DNA of 64,000 bases from Yuukianura sp. NJ FZ-2021 (taxonomy: Eukaryota), in the NCBI GenBank assembly GCA_046563655.1, contig CM102283.1, positions 5,084,001 to 5,148,000 of the forward strand, read 5' to 3'. The notes below the pieces were generated by a model. It saw nothing but the letters and a program-made list of their open reading frames with translations, searched no databases and was not told where the DNA came from. Shown piece after piece: positions 1-7,500 of this stretch; positions within the stretch are counted from its first letter, which is position 1; each line of letters begins with the position of its first letter. A program made the translations under genes and the position numbers.

Positions 1-490
1 AGTGTGCACAAAATTGAACGTTGAGGATCAGTGGTCAAATATAGCTTCTTTAAAATCAAAATCGGTTCAAATACTTGCACAATGTGTTAAATCAAGTGTA
101 TAAGTAATAGAGTCGAATATCGCTTGTTAAAATCAAAATTATAAAAATTTCTTGCAAAGGTCAAATTTTAACCCTGTCATGTTTACATGTTACCAATTTA
201 AGCCGGATTTTCTACCGTCTAATCAGTCTTAATTTAACAACGTAACTAAACATACTGCCAGAAAATGACCAGATCAAAACTCCGTTGTTTATAAATATTT
301 TGAGTGCAATCGAAACTAAAACAGTTTTGCGGAGCCACGATACTGCGGGTACGTAAAGTAGCCGCCAACTTTTACGTTGTTAATTTAACACTTTGAGTGC
401 AATGTAGACCTACTGAAAACTCTTGAGCCATACATAACCCCCGACTGCGATGGGGCTAATGTTTCAGTACAATGAGTCCTAAAAAACGTG

Positions 491-524
<34 letters not shown>

Positions 525-581
525 AAAGTCGTATCAATAGTCTTCTTCAGCACGTCGTAGACGTGCGTCTCCAGAAGACTA
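1..581 (-). mobile_element. Non-autonomous Helentron (HINE/DINE-1-like) element, copy 1; its 3' part lies outside the window
   Basis: Aligns by eye with 2810-3361. The end read on the minus strand is TAGTCTTCTGGAG (subTIR), a palindromic block (tagtcttct 538-546 / agaagacta 573-581 enclosing the hairpin gcacgtc-gta-gacgtgc), then a (GTCT/GTCC)n microsatellite. It ends in an A-run on + (T-run on minus). This order matches the 5' end of DINE-1/HINE elements. Confidence 0.8.
490..525. repeat. (GACA/GACG)9 tetranucleotide microsatellite within HINE copy 1
   Basis: gaca gacg followed by (gaca)7 is read directly. The matching tract in copy 2 (3290-3305) has only about 4 units. Confidence 0.95.
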
Positions 582-769
582 AAAAAACGGGACGACAAAC
601 ATGCGAAGTGAAATTACACAGAACAATATCAAAACTACTTTGTACTTTCACCTCGCCAACTTGTCCGTTTTTGCTCCCACACGGAAGAAGGGATTCAACT
701 TTCTTGCTTTCAGTTTTAATTTGCCGTTTGAAGGTAAACCATCCGAATATGGGAATCAACCCACTGAAC

Positions 770-1585
770 ATGGCAGGAGTCATCCCTGTGGAAGACACCG
801 AAATCGAGCGTCAAAGAAAATCTGTTCCGAAGAAAGGAAAATTTCAATGTCCGCATTGTTGCGATATGTAGCAAATGATCAGTTAGGGAGAGCAATTGAA
901 AATGATTTTATGACTTTGATTTTATTTAGTTACTAAAAAAATACTTAATAGTGAGAAGTTGTTTTAAAGTGAAATTGAATTGAGTGACTGAATGAATGGA
1001 AGTGTAAGTAAAAGACTATGACTTGTATTCCTATGATTATGATATTGAGATGTTGTGTATTGAGTGTTTTGTTGACCGTTAGACGCTACAGTAACCTAAG
1101 GCTAAAAGTCGACGCTATGCCTATTTTAAGCTACACAGTAGACGCTATTCTAAAGTCTATGTTTTTGTTATTTCTAAAATGTACAAAGTAAAAAGCCACA
1201 ACACGCATTGCCGAAAACGTCTTACACGAAAGTACACCCTTCAGCGCCATATTCAAAGCGTTCATAAATCCCAAAAGGGCAGGGGATTTTTAGAAACACA
1301 AATCGTTATGAAGACCCTGTTGGGGAAAGTGACTTGGATGGCAGTGATTCAACTGTCCCAGATAATACATCGCAAGACGAATCCGATCATACTGGGGATG
1401 AAGCCGACACAGAAGACTCCAACAACAAACAGTCGGATTCTATAGACGTAAACGACGAAACAGAACTGTCCATCGAAGGAATCAAATTAATTCAACATCT
1501 TTTAAGAAACGCTTTGGCTGGCTCACAGTCAGTTCTTAAAAACCTATTGTACACATTAATCTCGGAGGCTCAGCCTACACTTTAA
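770..1585 (+). pseudogene. Disrupted single C2H2 zinc-finger / acidic-region protein gene, split by a solo LTR and probably frameshifted
   Basis: Removing 857-1208 joins MAGVIPVEDTEIERQRKSVPKKGKFQCPH (770-856) in frame to CRKRLTRKYTLQRHIQSVHKSQKGRGF (from 1209), giving an exact C-x2-C-x12-H-x4-H motif. A Asp/Glu/Ser-rich tract (1334-1585) follows in another frame, suggesting a frameshift near the T-run at 1287-1291. The start codon is uncertain (ATG at 749 or 770). Confidence 0.7.
857..1203 (-). mobile_element. Solo LTR of an LTR retrotransposon (347 bp) with 5-bp TSD
   Basis: Termini TGTTGCG (857) and CACAACA (1203) are inverted matches at 6/7 and follow the TG...CA rule. They are flanked by identical CGCAT at 852-856 and 1204-1208. 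Minus orientation is inferred from AATAAA on the minus strand (tttatt 921-926) and three gacgcta repeats (about 1082, 1111, 1141) at the putative U3 side. Confidence 0.85.
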
Positions 1586-1684
1586 ATACTTCACCTGTGT
1601 ACTGGAAAATATTCTACACGTTTCTACAACTATTTGCAGGTCGAAATGTATTAAAAGAAATTTTAAATCTACACTTTCTAACCC

Positions 1685-1930
1685 TTAAATAATATAATGA
1701 ATAAAAATAAACAAAAATAAATAACAATTATAAATAATAAAAAATAAAGTCAGTGCAATAGATATCAAACCGAAAATTGTATTAAATAGCAACAAAGCAC
1801 AATAAATTAAAAATTTAACTTAACTTTAACTTAAATTTAACTTTAGTACATATTGTTGTATTTTAGTACACTTTATTGCATTTTTTTTGCACTCTATTTC
1901 ACTTTATTGCACTGCATTGCACATTGTTTC
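1685..1930. repeat. AT-rich low-complexity tract with several AATAAA hexamers and short degenerate repeats (acttta/actta, ttgca)
   Basis: Seen directly, just downstream of the zinc-finger pseudogene; it may be a former 3' UTR or intergenic spacer. Confidence 0.5.
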
Positions 1931-2227
1931 ACATTTTTCTCATACGCCCGTATTTAAAACACACCACCCACAGTGCAAATTGATTTTTCGGAATCATAAT
2001 TCTGATTATTTCCCCGCTATTTCTAACACTACAGGATACGCGGGAAGACATGGACACCCACACACACAGAGCACACATACAGGGGCATTATTTTTATTTA
2101 TATATTATTATATTAATCATTCAACTATCTAAAACAACTAACGATAACATAATTAACTAACTAACATAACATTTAAAATGGCTCAACCGACAACATCACC
2201 ACTACTGACATTTGTCATTTTTTGTTT

Positions 2228-3656
2228 AAAACAAAACCAGCTTTGCTGGGCAAAGCTTGCTGGGGCTCCGCCCCAGACACGTTCAATCGTCCTTTTGTCA
2301 CAATTTGGAAAAATTTTCCTTTAGTGGAAAAATCGGGAAAATTTTGAAAATTTTTGTGTAAACTCTCTATCGATCCTTAATACCAAACAAGGTAGGGCAA
2401 TGCTCACGGGTTGAGCATAGGTCTTCTGGAGGGAGTTGCCAATTGCTACGACTTTTAGACCAGCTGTCCACAAACCCGTTGAAGAAAAACGTCAAGAAAC
2501 CGTTTTCACGGGATTTATGCAACGAAACGTCGCTCATAACTTTTAGTGCAGATGTGGGGCCTTTTTGTGCACAATTGCACCAAAATGTGAAAAAACCGTT
2601 TGCATAAGAGTGTTGTTCAGCTTTAGCCCTGAACCGTTTTCACTCTCCTGAAAATTATTTTGGTTCACAACATTTCTGCATCAAACTGTTAGCAAAATTA
2701 TTTGGTGGACAATTGTTCTCCAGTGTGCACAAATTTTGAAATAACAACGCCCATTACCCAGCGTCAAAATAACTGTACAATTTTACATTTGTGCAATAAG
2801 TGTTCAACATGCACAAAATTGAACGTTGTAGAGTAGGGATCGAATATAGCTTCTATAAAATCAAAATCGGTTCTAATAAATGCACCATGTGTTAAATTAA
2901 GTGCATAAGTTATAAACTCGAATATCCCTTGTTTATAATCAAAATTGTTGAGAAAGGAAATTTTAACCCTCTAAGGCACTGTTTACGTATTACGAATTTA
3001 AGCCGGAATTTCTACCCTCTAATTTGGCTTAATTTAACAACGTAATTAAACTAACTGCCAGAAAATGACCAGATCAAAACTTCGTTGTTAATAAATATTT
3101 TGAGTGCAATCGTAACCAAAACAGTTTTGCGGAGCCACGATACTGCGGGTACGTAAAGTAGCCGCCCACTTCTACGTTGTTAATGTACGAGTTTGAGTGC
3201 AATGTAGACCTACTGAAAACTCTTAGCCATACATAACCCCCCGACTGCGATGGGGCTAATGTTTCAGTGGAAAGAGTCCTAAAAAACGTTACAGACAGAC
3301 GGACAAAGTCGTATCAATAGTCTTCTTCAGCACGTCGTAGACGTGCGTCTCCAGAAGACTAAAAGCAAAGAAAAATTTCCCGGAATTCAAAACTTCCCAA
3401 AAAAAATTTTCTTTGAAATTTTTTCTTGAATTTTTTTTTGTCTCAGAGTTTGATGAAAATCAGTTTTTAGAGTAATTCATGTGTGGAAAACACGAATCTG
3501 CAATTAGATATGCACTCGTAAAACAACATGTATGATTTTTTGAAATTTTTGAAACTGTCCTAATACTAAGACTTAGACAATAGACCGAGACCCTACAGAC
3601 TAGTCAAGTCAATATTGCGTGCTTTACCAAGCCTATCTCCGCGCCTTAGGTTAGTT
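2228..3656. mobile_element. Possible older non-autonomous element hosting the HINE copy 2 insertion
   Basis: Hairpin cluster at the left end (agctttgc-tgg-gcaaagct 2239-2257; ctggggc-tcc-gccccag 2260-2276). A 10/12 inverted match links gctgggcaaagc (2245-2256) and gctttaccaagc (3621-3632). Sequence on both sides of HINE copy 2 has the same A/T-run style. Boundaries are uncertain. Confidence 0.3.
2386..3361 (-). mobile_element. Apparently complete non-autonomous Helentron (HINE/DINE-1-like) element, copy 2, about 975 bp
   Basis: Perfect 11-bp subterminal inverted repeats gtcttctggag (2421-2431) / ctccagaagac (3349-3359). A second inverted pair attgctacgacttt (2442-2455) / aaagtcgtatcaat (3305-3318) matches 13/14. 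The 3' stem-loop atgctca-cgggt-tgagcat (2400-2418) is followed on the minus strand by ...CTACCTTGTT. There is a 5' palindrome (3318-3361) and a GTCT microsatellite (3290-3305). Both ends sit in A-runs (TT target), with no TSD and no coding capacity. Confidence 0.88.
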
Positions 3657-4335
3657 AAAGTTGGGCTGCTCTAAATAGAAAACGTGTGTATTTTTTTGTC
3701 TTCTCCCGCTGCCTCCCTCTCCTTCGGTTTCCGAAGTTTGAATGACGGTGGCGGGAAGGAAGTTGGTTTGTTGTTGGTTCCACACCTTTTAGCTTTCTAT
3801 AGTAGGACTTTTGGACTTTTGTCCTGACTTTCGAAAAAAGTCAGGATTAGGCTAATGGTTACTGCACACCGCACGGCGCCGACTGTCGGCGGCTGTCTGG
3901 TCTACTTTTTCGTTCACTTTACTATGGCACACCAGGAAAAGTATCCGCCGAACTTTTTCTTCCCGTCGAAGAGGAAAGAAAAAGTTCGTCTTTCATCACT
4001 TTCATCTTTCTACCCCGCACACCGGAGAAACTTGTCGGCTCCAATTTTTCGGCAGACAAAAGTGAAACGACAGATTGTCGGTTCACTTTTGGCGCAGCAA
4101 TGCCGAATACTTTCGGCAGCCAAATTTTTGTCGTTCCGGAAAGTTCTAAAAGTTGCACTTTCCGACACGAAAACTTTTGGCGTCAGTTTTTTCCCTATGC
4201 CACACTGCACCTTCTGTTCAGAAAGTGCATCTTGTAAACAACATCAGCAGTTCCTATTAAATTAACATGTTTAGCACCATTCAAAGTGGATGATACGTTT
4301 TGTTAACTGAAAACAATTGTTATGCTAATTATAAA

Positions 4336-4518
4336 TCATTTTTTTATTCTGTGCAGTCGGTAAAATCAATTGCATTGTCGCTCTTACGGAGATTTTCGTT
4401 TTTTTGAAAACACAACCACCATGCTGTTTACATGGCGCTTCTCAGAAAATTGAAAAACACAGTGTTAATCCTCCATAAGTCGACTGGAACAGCGCAACTG
4501 CACAGAATAAAAAAATGA
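4336..4518. repeat. Perfect 22-bp inverted repeat with a 139-bp partly symmetric spacer at the satellite boundary
   Basis: tcatttttttattctgtgcagt (4336-4357) is the exact reverse complement of actgcacagaataaaaaaatga (4497-4518). An imperfect inner pair is also present: gtcgctcttacggagatt (about 4377-4394) / aatcctccataagtcgac (about 4467-4484). Confidence 0.9.
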
Positions 4519-7500
4519 ATTTTTTTGACAAAAATTGAGCTTGGTTCACTTCAGATGGGCTTTCCGAGGCAAAATTACGGAGAGCAATTTTCAGTTCTCA
4601 GATAGCTCAGAATGACATTTTGGGGAGTTATTAATGAACAAAATTGATTTTTTGGACAAAAATTGAGATCGGTTGACTTCAGATGGGCTTTCAGAGGCAA
4701 AATTACGGAGTGCAATTTTCAGATCTCAGGTAGCTCAGAATGACTTTTTGGGGAGTTTTCAATAAAAAAAAATGGATTTTTTGACAAAATTGAGCTTGGT
4801 TCACTTCAAATGGGCTTTCAGAAGCAAAATTACGGAGTGCAATTTTCAGTTCTCAGATAGCTCAGAATGACTTTTTGGGGAGTTTTGAATGAAAAAAATG
4901 AATTTTTTGACAAAATGTGAGATTGGTTCACTTCAGATGGGCATTCCGAGGCAAAATATGGGAGTGCAATTTTCAGTTCTCAGATAGCTCAGAATGACTT
5001 TTTGGGGAGTTTTCAATAAAAAAAAATGGATTTTTTGACAAAATTGAGCTTGGTTCACTTCAGATGGGCTTTCAGAAGCAAAATTACGGAGTGCAATTTT
5101 CGGTTCTCAGATAGCTCAGAATGACTTTTTGGGGAGTTTTGAATGAAAAAAATGAATTTTTTGACAAAAAGTGAGATTGGTTCACTTCAGATCTGCTTTC
5201 CGAGGCAAAATATCGGAGTGCAATTTTCAGTTCTCAGATAGCTCAGAATGACTTTTTGGGGAGTTTTCAATGAAAAAAATGGATTTTTTGACAAAATTGA
5301 GCTTGGTTCACTTCAAATGGGCTTTCAGAAGCAAAATTACGGAGTGCAATTTTCAGTTCTCAGATAGCTCAGAATGACTTTTTGGGGAGTTTTGAATGAA
5401 AAAAATGGATTTTTTGACAAAATTGAGCTTGGTTCACTTCAGATGGGCTTTCAGAAGCAAAATTACGGAGTGCAATTTTCGGTTCTCAGATAGCTCAGAA
5501 TGACTTTTTGGGGAGTTTTGAATGAAAAAAATGAATTTTTTGACAAAAAGTGAGATTGGTTCACTTCAGATCTGCTTTCCGAGGCAAAATATCGGAGTGC
5601 AATTTTCAGTTCTCAGATAGCTCAGAATGACTTTTTGGGGAGTTTTCAATGAAAAAAATGGATTTTTTGACAAAATTGAGCTTGGTTCACTTCAAATGGG
5701 CTTTCAGAAGCAAAATTACGGAGTGCAATTTTCAGTTCTCAGATAGCTCAGAATGACTTTTTGGGGAGTTTTGAATGAAAAAAATGAATTTTTTGACAAA
5801 ATGTGAGATTGGTTCACTTCAGATGGGCTTTCCGAGGCAAAATATGGGAGTGCAATTTTCAGTTCTCAGATAGCTCAGAATGACTTTTTGGGGAGTTTTC
5901 AATAAAAAAATGGATTTTTTGACAAAATTGAGCTTGGTTCACTTCAGATGGGCTTTCAGAAGCAAAATTACGGAGTGCAATTTTCAGTTCTCAGATAGCT
6001 CAGAATGACTTTTTGGGGAGTTTTGAATGAAAAAAATGAATTTTTTGACAAAAAGTGAGATTGGTTCACTTCAGATGGGCTTTCCGAGGCAAAATATCGG
6101 AGTGCAATTTTCAGTTCTCAGATAGCTCAGAATGACTTTTTGGGGAGTTTTCAATGAAAAAAATGGATTTTTTGACAAAATTGAGCTTGGCTCACTTCAG
6201 ATGGGCTTTCAGAAGCAAAATTACGGAGTGCAATTTTCAGATCTCAGGTAGCTCAGAATGACTTTTTGGGGAGTTTTCAATAAAAAAATGGATTTTTTGA
6301 CAAAATTGAGCTTGGTTCACTTCAAATGGGCTTTCAGAAGCAAAATATGGGAGTGCAATTTTCAGTTCTCAGATAGCTCAGAATGACTTTTTGGGGAGTT
6401 TTCAATAAAAAAAAATGGATTTTTTGACAAAATGTGAGATTGGTTCACTTCAGATGGGCATTCCGAGGCAAAATATGGGAGTGCAATTTTCAGTTCTCAG
6501 ATAGCTCAGAATGACTTTTTGGGGAGTTTTGAATGAAAAAAATGAATTTTTTGACAAAATGTGAGATTGGTTCACTTCAGATGGGCATTCCGAGGCAAAA
6601 TATGGGAGTGCAATTTTCAGTTCTCAGATAGCTCAGAATGACTTTTTGGGGAGTTTTCAATGAAAAAAATGGATTTTTTGACAAAATTGAGCTTGGTTCA
6701 CTTCAGATGGGCTTTCAGAAGCAAAATTACGGAGTGCAATTTTCAGTTCTCAGATAGCTCAGAATGACTTTTTGGGGAGTTTTGAATGAAAAAAATGGAT
6801 TTTTTGACAAAATTGAGCTTGGTTCACTTCAGATGGGCTTTCAGAAGCAAAATTACGGAGTGCAATTTTCAGTTCTCAGATAGCTCAGAATGACTTTTTG
6901 GGGAGTTTTGAATGAAAAAAATGAATTTTTTGACAAAAAGTGAGATTGGTTCACTTCAGATCTGCTTTCCGAGGCAAAATATCGGAGTGCAATTTTCAGT
7001 TCTCAGATAGCTCAGAATGACTTTTTGGGGAGTTTTCAATGAAAAAAATGGATTTTTTGACAAAATTGAGCTTGGTTCACTTCAGATGGGCTTTCAGAAG
7101 CAAAATTACGGAGTGCAATTTTCAGTTCTCAGATAGCTCAGAATGACTTTTTGGGGAGTTTTCAATGAAAAAAATGGATTTTTTGACAAAATTGAGCTTG
7201 GTTCACTTCAGATGGGCTTTCAGAAGCAAAATATCGGAGTGCAATTTTCAGTTCTCAGATAGCTCAGAATGACTTTATGGGGAGTTTTCAATGAAAAAAA
7301 TGGATTTTGTGACAAAAGTGAGATTGGTTCACTTCAGATGGGCATTCCGAGGCAAAATATGGGAGTGCAATTTTCAGTTCTCAGATAGCTCAGAATGACT
7401 TTTTGGGGAGTTTTGAATGAAAAAAATGAATTTTTTGACAAAAAGTGAGATTGGTTCACTTCAGATGGGCATTCCGAGGCAAAATATCGGAGTGCAATTT

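Noticed and set aside
1-25. Possible internal deletion in HINE copy 1 (start matches both 2722 agtgtgcacaaa and 2810 tgcacaaaattgaacg)
   Set aside because: Only a few bases before the shared motif are inside the window, so it cannot be assessed.
488-936. ORFs 488..871, 547..798 and 601..936 as stand-alone genes
   Set aside because: The N-terminus of 488..871 is translated HINE microsatellite (TDRQ repeats) and its stop lies in the LTR; only 770-856 is retained as part of the pseudogene. The other two frames cross element boundaries and have no recognisable motif.
859-1210. Intron explaining the split zinc finger
   Set aside because: No GT...AG pair at the boundaries restores the motif, whereas TG...CA termini with a 5-bp TSD explain it exactly.
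1887-2132. 81-aa His-rich ORF
   Set aside because: It has a TTG start, low-complexity CA-rich sequence and no domain signature.
2260-2280. Hairpins as bacterial intrinsic terminators or tRNA arms
   Set aside because: There is no upstream gene, no U-tract in the right place and no cloverleaf. Transposon termini explain them better.
3855-4265. Overlapping ORFs 3855..4265 (+), 3922..4158 (-) and 4010..4210 (-)
   Set aside because: No recognisable domain; open frames on both strands are expected in this GC-richer, palindromic segment.
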